Assembly: GCA_048213135.1 (NCBI GenBank) | Contig: PS015562.1 | Coordinates: forward strand, 22,565 to 59,620 | Source of the DNA: Reclinomonas americana ATCC 50394 | Taxonomy: Eukaryota | Direction of reading: 5' to 3' | DNA: 37,056 bases | Part shown: one piece after another, positions 23,705 to 35,141 of the stretch | How positions within the stretch are numbered: position 1 is the first letter of the stretch | Layout: each line of letters begins with the position of its first letter | Notes under the pieces: generated by a model | Told to the model about the DNA's origin: nothing | What the model saw: the letters and a program-made list of their open reading frames with translations, nothing else | The model's database searches: none | Translations under genes and position numbers: made by a program

Positions 23705-26700
23705 TTAGAAGGATGAATTGAGATTGCAGCTGCGCGATCGGAATCAAAGAGCGGCCTCATTGCGACCAAGTACGTCATTCACACACACAAGAGAGAGAGG
23801 CATTCACACACACACACACAGTCACTCACTCTCACACTCTCTCTCTCACTCACTCACTCACTCACTCACTCACTCACTCACTNNNNNNNNNNNNNNNNNN
23901 NNCTCACTCACTCACTCACTCTTTCTCTCACTCACTCACTCACTCACTCACTCACTCACTCGCTCACTCACTCACTCACTCACTCTGTCTCTCACTCACA
24001 GTTGCTTCTTTGTCATCGCTCTCTTGCTGTCCTCTGACTTCTCCTTCTCACCATCCCCCTTCCTTCCTTTCACCCTCCCTCCTTTCTCACTCACCCTTTC
24101 CCTGATCCCCCTCCTCTCCTTCCCTCCCCTCCTTCCCTCTCTCACAGCCCCCACCGAGATGCGCAACCGCGAAACCAACATCAAAAAGAACTCGGCCTTT
24201 GTGCGCAAACTACGCACCATCACCCGCGAGAGCGCACTCGACGTGGCCACCGACATGCGCCTGCTCAACCTCACCCGCTACATCTCCGAGGCCGTCACCA
24301 ACCTCGCCGAGGCCAAGCTGCGCGTGCAAGACATTATGCCCGTGGTGCAGCTGGTCACCGAGTTCAATTGCACGTTTGAGGAGTTTGCCGAGCAGGTCAC
24401 GGCGTTGTGGGTGCGCGGGTTTGAGCCGCTGAGCACAGGTGCGGGAGAGGAGGGGAAGTGAATCCTTCTGACGCGAGAGAGAGAGAGAGAGAGGGAGAAA
24501 GAAGGGAGAGTGATTGATGTTGACCAGTGAGAGGGCGACTGTCTCACTCACTCCTGCACACACTCTTGCACATTAGTTCACTCTCTCAGGTACACTCTGC
24601 TGCTTGCCCTCTTCTCGTCTTCAACGCATCAATTGTTGCTTTGATCTCGCGAGATCCGCGATATCTCTGCGCACTCATCTCTCTCTCTCCTCTCATGTTG
24701 TCTGCTTCTCTTCCGATGCATTGCTCTTCTCGCGTGCTGTCGCTTTCCATCGTCGGTTCGACACATGCCTCTGTGGTCCTGCGAGAGGCTGTCTGTTCCG
24801 TCTGTTATACATCGCCACACTCTGCTGCTTGCCTTCCTCTTGTCTTCAACGCATCGATCACTGCTTCTTTGGTCTCTCGCTATTCTCGATATCTCTGCGC
24901 ACTTATATTTCTCTCTCTCTCTCTCCTCTCTCTCTCTCCCCTCTCATGTTGTCTGCTTCTCTTCCGATGCATTGCTCTTCTCGCGTGCTGTCGCTTTCCA
25001 TCGTCGGTTCAACACATGCCTCTATGGTCCTGCGAGAGGTTGTCTGTTCCGTCTTGGTATACATCTCCACACTCTGCTGCTTGCCTTCCTCCTGTCTTCA
25101 ACGCATCAATCACCGCTTCCTTGGTCTCTCGTGAATCTCGATATCTCGATATCTCAGCGCACTTACCTCTCTCTCTCTCTCTCTCTTTCCTCTCATCTTG
25201 TCTGGGCATTTCTCTTCTCGCATACTGTCGCTTTCCTTCCTCGGTTCAACACATGCCTCTGTGGTCCTGCGAGAGGTTGTCCGTTCCGTCTTTTTATACA
25301 TCGCCACACTCTGCTGCTTGCCTTCTTCTTGTCGTCCTCCCTCTTCAACGCATCAGTCACTGCTCCCTTGGTCTCTCGTTATTCTCTCTCTTACTTCTCA
25401 TCTTGTCTGGGCATTTCTCTTCTCGCACGCTGTCGCTTTCCATCGTCGGTTCGACACATGCCTCGGTGGTCCTGCGAGAGGTTGTCTGTTCCGTCTTTTA
25501 TACATCGCCACACTCTGCTGCTTGCCTTCTTCTTGTCGTCCTCCCTCTTCAACGCATCAATCGCTGCTTCTCGGATATCTCGTGATTGTCGATATCTCAG
25601 CGCACTTACCTCTCTCTCCCCTCTCGTGTTGTGTCCTCCTCTTTCGATGAATTGTTGTTGTCGCGTGTTGTCGCATTCCTCCCTCGGTTCAACACATGCC
25701 TCTGTGGTCCTGCGTTGTCTACTCACTTGCCGCTTTCCTCTGAGGTTGTCTGTTCCTTCTTTGATACATGGCCACACTCTGCTGCTCTCGTCCTCTGCCC
25801 CTCTGGCTCTTTTTTCATTCTCGATATCTATGCGCACTCGTCTCTTATGCGACACCCGCGCAGGTGGAACGGAGACACTGGAGGACTTCAATGCGTCGTC
25901 GTCACGGAGGCGAGTGATGGTGCGCCTGTTGGCCGACTTGCAGCTGATTGGCATTCTGCGCGACGACAAGATCATGTCGCGTATCGTTCGCTCGCTGGTG
26001 CGGTGCTGTCGCGTGTGCGTGCGTCGATGGTGCCTGACGTGTGATCACACAGATCAAGTACTCGTGTGGTGGGCGCGAGGAAACCATGGCCGGCTTGTCG
26101 GTGGTGCTGCCGTTCCTCCGTGCGTACTCGCCGTACTTTACCGATTTTGCGGCCGAGTCGCGCACGCCGCAGCAGCAGGTCAGTGGTGTGGAGAAGGGAG
26201 GGGGAAGGAGGGGAAGGGAGAGGGTGAGGGAAGGGGGTGGAGAGGAAGGGAGGTGGAGAGAAAGAGAGAGGCTGAAGGGAGGGAAAGGGAGAAGGGAGGT
26301 TGAGGGGAATTGAGAAGGGAGGAGAATGGGAAAGGGAGAGGGAGAGGAGAGAAGTGGACAGCAGATCAGGTCGGTTTCTGTCTCGTGTCTCGCCTCCCGC
26401 CTCTCGCCTCTCGCCTCTCGCCTCTCGTCACTTGCCTTTCGCCTCTCGTCTCTCGTCTCTCGTCTCTCGCCTCTCACCCCTCCCCTCCCTTGCCTCTCAC
26501 CCTTCCCCTTTCTCCCCTTCCCTCACCCCTTCCCTCCCCTCCCCTTCCATCTCCCGCTCACCCTTCTCCCTCCCCCTTCCCCCTCTCCCCACAGGACCTC
26601 GCCTCCGCCGTCACCGCCGAAACCCGACAACAACTCACCAAGACCTACCAATTCCTGTACAAGCACGCCTGCACCGTCCTCGTGGCCGTCTTCCAAGACC

Positions 26701-29700
26701 TGCGCCAGCTCGAAGCCGAGCACACACACATGATGGGCACGCGTGGCGAGCTGACGTCGGAGAGCAAGACAAAGCACCAGAATCTGACGCAGTTGTTTGA
26801 GAAGCTGCAGACGCACTTGACCACGTTGCGTCTGTTGCTCGACAGCGGTGTGTTTATTGTTGCGAGTGCTTACTTTCTTTACTGTTAGCATGGCGGAGAT
26901 TTTGGGAGTGGAGTTGGAGCTGCCCGAGTTGCGCGAGTCCGACGTGACGCGTGTCGAGGCGTCGCAGGGTCCGCACGTGGCCACGCATTCGTCGTTTGCC
27001 AAGCGAGTTGCGTTGGCGAGAGTCACGCGTGCAGCGTACATGGAGGCTGAATTTCGTGCTGATGAACAGGCGGCGGAGGACGACTCGGGTCCCTTCGAGG
27101 ACTACGACACGCGCGTATTCTACGAGGACATCATGGATCTGAAGACGCGCCTGCCAGCCGTGCTGCTGGGCCTGACGCCGAATGACAAGAGCACAGCGTC
27201 GGGCAGTGGCGCGTCGTCTTCCGAGGGGGGTGAGGAGGAAGGGCGGAGCGAGCCGGTTGATGTGTCGGCGGCTCTTAAATTAGAGGTGAGTCACCAAACT
27301 CAAGAGTGCGCCAGCATGAGAGCGCTCACAACAACGCAGGTGGCGGAGGGTCTGGTGTCGGATGCAACGGCGAGCAGTGCGGGTATCTCACCACTGGATG
27401 ACATTATCGGACAGCTGCCGAAAGCATGCTCTCGCGATTTGATTGACAAGCTGACGCTGGAGTTTTGCCGTCACAACTCGGCCAATGCGAGGAAGAAGCT
27501 TCTGAGAGTTGCGTGGCAAGGGGGAAGGGTGTGAGGGAAGGGAGCGGGAGTTGAGATATGTGGAGAGAAGGGGACAGGAGAGGTGAGATAGTGCCTGCAA
27601 GCTAAAAGAGAATGGTTGCGAAAGAGAAGGAGTGTGGGAGAGACAGAGGGTGTGCGAGTTGCGAAGGCAAGGAGTGTTACAAAAACAAGGGCATGTGACA
27701 CACGCACACCAGCAGACAGACACTTACACATGCACTCTTTGTATCTGACACAAACGGACACTCACTGTCTGCTTGTCGTCACGTTATGATGCGTTGACGT
27801 AGACTTGTCGCACAATTGTGTTTCTTGTTGTTCAGTTTCTTTGTCGCGTGCATGTATATTCACGTTGTTTTGTCTCCTCCCTCTTTCCCTCTCCCTCTCC
27901 CTCACCCTCTCCCTCCCCCTCTCCCCCCTCCCTCTCCCCCTTACCCTCCCCCCTCTCCCTCCCCCTTTCCCCCATCCAGGCGCTCTACGGCGTCCCCCGC
28001 AACCAACTCGAGCTCCTGCCGTACTACGCCCGCATGGTGGCCACACTGCATCCCTACTACAAGGACATGGCGCCGGCACTGCAGGCCAAGTTGGAGGACG
28101 AGTTCGACGCGCTCTTCCGCGAGAAGAGCCAAACGAACATTGAGTCGAAAATCAAGGTTCTTGTCCTCTCCAGATGCTTGTGAATCCTATGTGCTCGGCA
28201 ACCGACCACCTCCCGCAGAACATCCGCTTCATGTGCGAGCTGGTCAAGTTCGGGTGTGTGAACGGCAATGCCGTGCTCAACCTGTTCCAGCGGTGCCTCG
28301 ACGATTTCTCGCATCACAATATTGATGTGACGTGTGCGCTGCTGGATTGTGCTGGCCGTTTCTTGAATCGGAAGCCAGAGACGTCGCAGGTGGGTCGCTA
28401 GAGGGGGATGATTGGCGCTGCGCTTACTGACATGATTCCTCTGCAGCGCTGTGGCAACCTGATTCAGCACATGTTGCGCCTGAAGGGCATCAAGAATCTC
28501 GACCCGCGCTACGAGACCATGGTGGAGAATGCGTTCTACTCGGCAGTTCCGCCGGCGAACTCGGTGTCGGCGAGGCGGTATCGTGAGGCGGCGAGACATC
28601 CGTTGTTGGTGAGTTTGAGAGAGAGAGAGAGACAGAAAGAGAGAGAATAAGGGACTGAGTGGCGAAAGAAGCACACAGCATGATGGTCGAAGAGAGAAGA
28701 TAGAGAACGACAGGTCACGGGCAATGCGAGAGAGGGCAAACTGCTCGCCTGCTGAATTCGGGCCACTTGATTCCGCTCTCTTTTTCTTTTTCTCTCAGTG
28801 CTGTCTTTCATTCCTTTTCTCTTTTCTCTCTTCACCGTCTCTGCTCTCTTTCTTGCTGTCTCTCACTCTCTTTCTCTCCGATTCCTTGTTTTAACCACTC
28901 TTTCGGTGTTTCCCTCCCTCTCTTCTAGCACTCTGTTGTCTCTCACTCTCTCACTCTTTTTGTTTCCGTCTCTCTGTTGCACTCCTTTCTCTCTCTCTCT
29001 GTCTTTCTTCATTTCGTTCCATTTCTCTTTAATATCTTCACCGTCTCTGCTCTCTTCACTATCTCTGCTCTCACTCTCTTTCTCTCCGATTCCTTGTTTT
29101 GACCTCACTCTTTCGGTGTTTCTCTCCCTCTCTTCTATCTCTGTTCTCTCGCACTCTCTCATGCACTTTGTTTCCGTCTCTCTGTTGCACTCCTCTCTCT
29201 ATCTCTCTATCTTTCTTCTTTTCGTTCCCTTTCTCTTTAACTCTCTCTGTTTCCTCTCTTTCTGTTTCGCTCTCTCTCTCTCTTTGTGTGTGTGCGTTTG
29301 CTTGCATCTTTTCGTTGACCACCATTTCCGTGCAGCGCTACGTGGAGCACCTGGTGCACACGGTGCTCAACCGCCGCACGGCCGGCTTCGTGCTGAAGCA
29401 GTTGCAGTCGCTGCCGTGGACGGCGACTGTTATTCCGTGGCCAGCTGCCGAGGTGTTGCATGCGCCGCCGGCTGTTGCGTCTCTGTGGATATTTAGATGC
29501 GTGGCTGTCTGGAAACGCTCACTGCTTCGCGCAGGAGGAGAGGGCGGTGTTGACGGGGCCACAGTTGGTGGAGGCTGTTTCTCGTATTCTGCTGAAGGTG
29601 ACACGCGCGCGCTTTAATCAGCTGCACGTCGTGGCGTCCATCATTGCATCGCTGGCCAAGAAGCAGCAGGAGGTGAGGCAACCGATTCACGGGAGCTCCT

Positions 29701-30280
29701 TGTGGCAGGAGCTCATTCAAGCCTGAATTTTGCAGATCTGTACGGCGATTGTGGACGATCTGTGGGCGTTTTTGCGCCGCGGCCTCGAGTCGCCTGGGCA
29801 ATACAACATGCAGCAGCGCCTGGTGATGAGCTGCAAATTGCTTGGCGAGCTGTACAACTATCAGACCCTGGACAGCCGTGCCGTGTTCGATGCCCTGTAC
29901 GCTTTCATCCGCGCGTCGCCCGAGTGTGATCCGCCAGAAGTATGTCTCTGCTTGTCGCGACCGATTTGGTTGCAGTTTGCTGACATTCATTGTGCGCAGG
30001 ATACGTTCCGCATTCGCATGGTGTGTGCGCTGCTGGACACGGTCGGCCTCTACCTGAATGGACGCACAAATATGGACATGTTGAAGGTGACTGTGGTGAT
30101 GGAGGAGTCTGCATGTTGTCTATCTGTCTCTGTCTATCGTGATTGTGTGTTGGTGCGTGTCCTAGTGCTCTGTCGCCGTGTCTGTTTCTTGTGTCGATGC
30201 TTTCCTGGGATTGCTCACTTCTGTTTCTCCTGCTTTCATTCTTTCTTCTTTTTCTTTATCTCTCTCTCTCTCTTTCTCTT

Positions 30281-30329
<49 letters not shown>

Positions 30330-31351
30330 GTCGTCTCGTACTACGTCTACGTCTACGTACGTACGTCGTCGTACGTACGTACGTACGTAACTACGTTACG
30401 TTCGTTACNNNNNNNNNNNNNNNNNNNNNNNNNNNNNNNNNNNNNNNNNNNNNNNNNNNNNNNNNNNNNNNNNNNNNNNNNNNNNNNNNNNNNNNNNNNN
30501 NNNNNNNNNNNNNNNNNNNNNNNNNNNNNNNNNNNNNNNNNNNNNNNNNNNNNNNNNNNNNNNNNNNNNNNNNNNNNNNNNNNNNNNNNNNNNNNNNNNN
30601 NNNNNNNNNNNNNNNNNNNNNNNNNNNNNNNNNNNNNNNNNNNNNNNNNNNNNNNNNNNNNNNNNNNNNNNNNNNNNNNNNNNNNNNNNNNNNNNNNNNN
30701 NNNNNNNNNNNNNNNNNNNNNNNNNNNNNNNNNNNNNNNNNNNNNNNNNNNNNNNNNNNNNNNNNNNNNNNNNNNNNNNNNNNNNNNNNNNNNNNNNNNN
30801 NNNNNNNNNNNNNNNNNNNNNNNNNNNNNNNNNNNNNNNNNNNNNNNNNNNNNNNNNNNNNNNNNNNNNNNNNNNNNNNNNNNNNNNNNNNNNNNNNNNN
30901 NNNNNNNNNNNNNNNNNNNNNNNNNNNNNNNNNNNNNNNNNNNNNNNNNNNNNNNNNNNNNNNNNNNNNNNNNNNNNNNNNNNNNNNNNNNNNNNNNNNN
31001 NNNNNNNNNNNNNNNNNNNNNNNNNNNNNNNNNNNNNNNNNNNNNNNNNNNNNNNNNNNNNNNNNNNNNNNNNNNNNNNNNNNNNNNNNNNNNNNNNNNN
31101 NNNNNNNNNNNNNNNNNNNNNNNNNNNNNNNNNNNNNNNNNNNNNNNNNNNNNNNNNNNNNNNNNNNNNNNNNNNNNNNNNNNNNNNNNGTGTGTGTGGT
31201 GGTGTCGTCGTCGTCGTCGTCTCGTCGTCCGTCGTCGTTCGTTTCGTTTCGTTTGTTCGTCGTGTCTTCCTTCGGTCGTTGTCTCTCTCTTCTTCTTCTC
31301 TCTTCTCTTCTTTCTTTCTTTTCTTTTCTTCTTCTCTCTCTCTCTTCTTCT

Positions 31352-31396
<45 letters not shown>

Positions 31397-34300
31397 CCCG
31401 TGTATGTCTGCCACCTACGTGCACTCGATCTATGTGCACGCTGTGTCTTGAGTTTTATTCTGTGTCCGTTTCATTTGTCTGTGCTGCAAGCTGGGATATG
31501 TGTGAGTCATAGTATGCGGTGCTGTCATCTCTCGTTCATGTTTCTTTTTTTGATTTCTCTTCCGCCTCTTGTCCGCTTTGGAATGCAACCAGCCTCTGCC
31601 ACTGCGCTGTGCTGTCGCTCGCTCTTCTGTCGTGATGTTTGTGTCTCTGTTCCTATGCACGTGATTCAGCTGTGCATTCGCTGTGCTCTGCCAACAGATA
31701 GCGGTATTGTAATTTTGTCTCTCTCTATGTGTATGCTTGTCCCGATTCTCTCTCTCTCTCTCTCTCTCAATGGCACACGGTCTCTTCCTCTCTCCCTCTC
31801 TTTGCCTATCTGACACTCACCCTTCTCCCTCTCCCCCCGCAGATCTGGCTCGCCCACTTCTCCGTCTACGTGCGTGAATCTCGCGCACACCCGCTACCCG
31901 TGGACGTGGAAATGGCGTTGACCGACACACTGGAGAATCTGCCGCTTGCGCCACCGGCGACGCCGCAAGAGGCCTACGCCCTGTTGCAGTCGACGTACTC
32001 GCAACTGCATCCCACACTGGCCATGTGCGTGTCAAGCATTTCACTCACCTGTTTCTTGGTTGCCTCTCTGCTGACTCTCTTGTGCTCACAGGGCGCGCTC
32101 ACCTGACGCCGAGTGGCCAGCCCCAGTTCGTCTTTCACGCATCTCTACTGTGTGCACTGATCCCGTCACCCGCCAGCACGGTACTTTTCCATGTCTGTAC
32201 AATGCGTGTGTCTCCCTTGCTGAAGCGTCGCTTTAGATGGCCTGCGATGGTGGCCAGTGGTGCCGACGGACGTGCCGGAGCTGGATACCGATGATGACGA
32301 TGGCAATGCCGCAGAGGCGAGTGCAATCCTCTGAAGGTGGGAGCACAGGGCGCCTTATTGACCGCGTGTCGCAGGGTTACGAGGAGGAATTGGAGGAGTT
32401 GGAGGTGCTGGCACAGGAGGCTGCGCAGATGGACTCGGCAGTGGGCATGGGCGACGATGATGTGGAGGGTGCCGATGACGATGAGGAAGACGATGACGAT
32501 GAAGACGACGACGATGAGGATGACGACGACGAAGATGAAGAGGAGGAGGGTGAAGATGACGAGGTTGAGGGCGACGAGCAAAATGTGGACGCTGAAGAGG
32601 GAGCAGAGGAGGGCGAGGAGGAGGACGAAGAGGACGAGGATGATGACAATGACGATGATGATGACGACGACGACGAAGAGGAGGAAGTTGGTGAGGCATC
32701 AGGAAGTCCGTGAGAGAAATAGAACGACTCCTTTCCTCACCTGCGCGCGTGACTAGATGACACCATTGCGGAGCGCGCTCGTGCTCGCGAGGCGGCGCAC
32801 TTGGCGGAGGCCGCCGAGTGGGATGCGTTGTTGGCGTCCGTCACGGCCGACGAGGTGACGACGAGGCGGAAGGAGATGTCGGGACCGGGAGTGCACTCGC
32901 AGCACGTGGTGTTGTCGCATGAAGGTAGGAAGGGGAAGGGTGTATAGGGGGAAGGGAGTATGGGGGAAAGCAAAAAGTGGAGTGGCAGAGAATGGAGCAA
33001 GACGGCGAGGTTTTGCAGGTGTTGAGGGGACGGGAGTATGGGGGAAAGCGAAAAAGTGGAGTGGCAGAGGAAGGAACAAGACGGCGAGGTGTTGCAGGTG
33101 TTGGGGGGAAGGGAGTATGGGGTAAGGCAGGAAGTGGAGTGGCAGAGGAAGGAGCAAGACGGCGAGGTGTTGCAGGTGTTAAGGGGAAGGGAGTATGGGG
33201 GAAAGCAAGAAGTGGAGTGGCAGAGAGAGGAGCACGACGGCGAGGTGTTGCAGGTGTTAAGGGGAAGGGAGTGTGGGGTAAGGCAAGAAGTGGAGTGGCA
33301 GAGAATGGAGCAAGACGGCGAGGTGTTGCAGGTGTTAAGGGGAAGGGAGTATGGAGGAATGCAAAAAAAGTGGAGTGGCAGAGGAAGGAGCAAGACGGCG
33401 AGGTGTTGCAGGTGTTAAGGGGAAGGGAGTATGTGGCAGGAAGGAGCAAGACGGGGGAAACCAAAAAAAATTGAGTGGCAGAGGAAGGAGCAAGACGTCC
33501 TGTTTCTTTCGTGCCTCAACTGACTCTTCGTGTGCCCTCCCAGAGCGTGATCTTGCCAATGGCGACGACGAAGCATTCCCTCCGGCTCCGTCACAGTCGG
33601 CCGCTTCGTGGATGGGCACGAGCGGAACCGTGCTGCTGCAGGTGCGCTTCTTTCATTTTTCTTCCCCTTCCCCGTGCATTCATCCTCACATCTGCGGAAC
33701 AGGGTCTGAACGCACGCAACATTCTCGGTGGCGGCCGCGGTCGTTCTCGAGGCGTGGTGGTGCCGCAAGTGGCCAAGGTCATGCGACGCCCAGGAGCAGC
33801 GACGGCGGCAGCTGCTTCCGCGGCATCGGCGTCGACACCAACACCGGTATGTCTATCCTCCATGTCTCTCTTTCGTACAATCCTTGCTGATCTAACTCCC
33901 TCGAAGGACGATGCCACGGCCTCTCCCATCACACCGAGTGCTGCCGATGTCGAGGGTGGCGAGGGTAGTGCGAGCGACGTTGCGTGCATGAGTCAGCAAG
34001 TCCTTCTTCGGTTTCCTTTTTCTCATTGATTGCACAGCTCTCGGCAACGCCATNNNNNNNNNNNNNNNNNNNNNNNNNNNNNNNNNNNNNNNNNNNNNNN
34101 NNNNNNNNNNNNNNNNNNNNNNNNNNNNNNNNNNNNNNNNNNNNNNNNNNNNNNNNNNNNNNNNNNNNNNNNNNNNNNNNNNNNNNNNNNNNNNNNNNNN
34201 NNNNNNNNNNNNNNNNNNNNNNNNNNNNNNNNNNNNNNNNNNNNNNNNNNNNNNNNNNNNNNNNNNNNNNNNNNNNNNNNNNNNNNNNNNNNNNNNNNNN

Positions 34301-35141
34301 NNNNNNNNNNNNNNNNNNNNNNNNNNNNNNNNNNNNNNNNNNNNNNNNNNNNNNNNNNNNNNNNNNNNNNNNNNNNNNNNNNNNNNNNNNNNNNNNNNNN
34401 NNNNNNNNNNNNNNNNNNNNNNNNNNNNNNNNNNNNNNNNNNNNNNNNNNNNNNNNNNCGACCCCATCGGATGGCATGCGCTACGCCCTGCTGACCAAGC
34501 ACAAGAACAAGACCGTGGTGCGCGATGTGGTGGTCACCAAGACCACCAGTGGTCTCGGCGCGCACATGTCGCGGCTGCAAGAGGCGGCGCAGGCGGAGGA
34601 GCGTGAGCGCGAGGAGCTCACCGAGTACATGACGACGGTGTCGGAGCGATACGCGCGCGAGGAGGCGGCGAAGGCGGCCGCCGAAAAGCTGGCTCGCGAG
34701 CAAGCCGCCGCCGCGCGAGCGATGAAGCGCGATCACGTGCAACTGGCTGCCATGGGTCGCGGTCACATGGCCGCATCCGCGGTGCCACCGTCGTCTCCGG
34801 CGTCATCGGCGTCATCGGCGGGCGGTGGCGGAGCTCCGCGTGTGTTGATGCGCATCAACGCCGCACCGTACCACCCACCACCACAGGCGCAGGCAGGGCC
34901 GAATGCAGCTGCGTCGGCGGCGCCGGCCGGTGCTCCGATGAATCCGCCACCACAGCAGCAGCAGCAGCAGCATCAGCAGCAGCCGTACTATGGTCGTGGT
35001 GGTGGAGGTCGTGGTGGTCGAGGTGGAGGTGATCGTGGTGGCGGTGGTCGTGGTGGTGGAGATGGGCGTGGTGGATATCGCGGTGGCGGTGGTGGCCGGG
35101 GTGGACGGGGTGGTGATTATGGTCGTGGGGGTGGAGGGTGA
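23507..35141 (+). CDS. UPF2: Regulator of nonsense transcripts 2 (UPF2): three MIF4G domains, acidic tract, UPF1-binding region, RGG tail
   Basis: Inferred exons 23507-23566, 23709-23769, 24148-24438, 25864-25997, 26053-26178, 26595-26824, 26889-26968, 27035-27285, 27340-27507, 27980-28156, 28219-28389, 28447-28608, 29336-29473, 29535-29672, 29736-29939, 30000-30086, 31843-32024, 32092-32180, 32237-32316, 32375-32690, 32757-32924, 33544-33641, 33703-33846, 33907-33978, 34038-(gap)-35141 (or to 35137 plus 35881-35887). Diagnostic peptides: IKKNSAFVRKL..LNLTRYISEAV..EAKL; PFEDYDTRVFYE; RKKLLRALYGVPRNQLELLPYYARMVATL; KIKNIRFMCELVKF; DDFSHHNIDVTCALLDCAGRFL; LLGELYNY; DPPEDTFRIRMVCALLDTVG; MRYALLTKHKNK. 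Confidence 0.95.
24590..25800. repeat. Intronic minisatellite in UPF2 intron 3, ~200-260 bp unit, ~5.5 copies
   Basis: cactctgctgct recurs near 24593, 24818, 25070, 25307, 25511, 25775, with shared cggttc(g/a)acacatgcctc..ggtcctgcgagagg. Confidence 0.88.
28830..29215. repeat. Intronic tandem duplication (~205 bp, 2 copies)
   Basis: tcttcaccgtctctgctctct..tctcactctctttctctccgattccttgtttt..cactctttcggtgttt..tttgtttccgtctctctgttgcactcct at ~28829 and ~29035. Confidence 0.8.
32930..33500. repeat. Intronic 78-bp minisatellite, ~6.5 copies
   Basis: aagtggagtggcagag at ~32975, 33054, 33132, 33210, 33288, 33368, followed by gagcaagacggcgaggtgttgcaggtgttaaggggaagggagt variants; lies inside intron 32925-33543. 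Confidence 0.9.

Noticed and set aside
30327-30408. TACG-rich quasi-palindromic repeat (tacgtacgtacg..) at a gap edge, with a similar gtcgtcgtt run at 31190-31280
   Set aside because: It follows a long (CT)n and abuts Ns. It matches the TACG flow-order noise typical of degraded 454 read ends (20-N gaps also fit such an assembly), so it is likely an artefact.
32930-33500. 78-bp repeat with open frames (EVEWQRKEQDGEVLQVLRGREY) as a repeat protein or CRISPR-like array
   Set aside because: It has no unique spacers and lies within the phase-consistent UPF2 intron 32925-33543. Open frames on both strands reflect the 3n period and composition.
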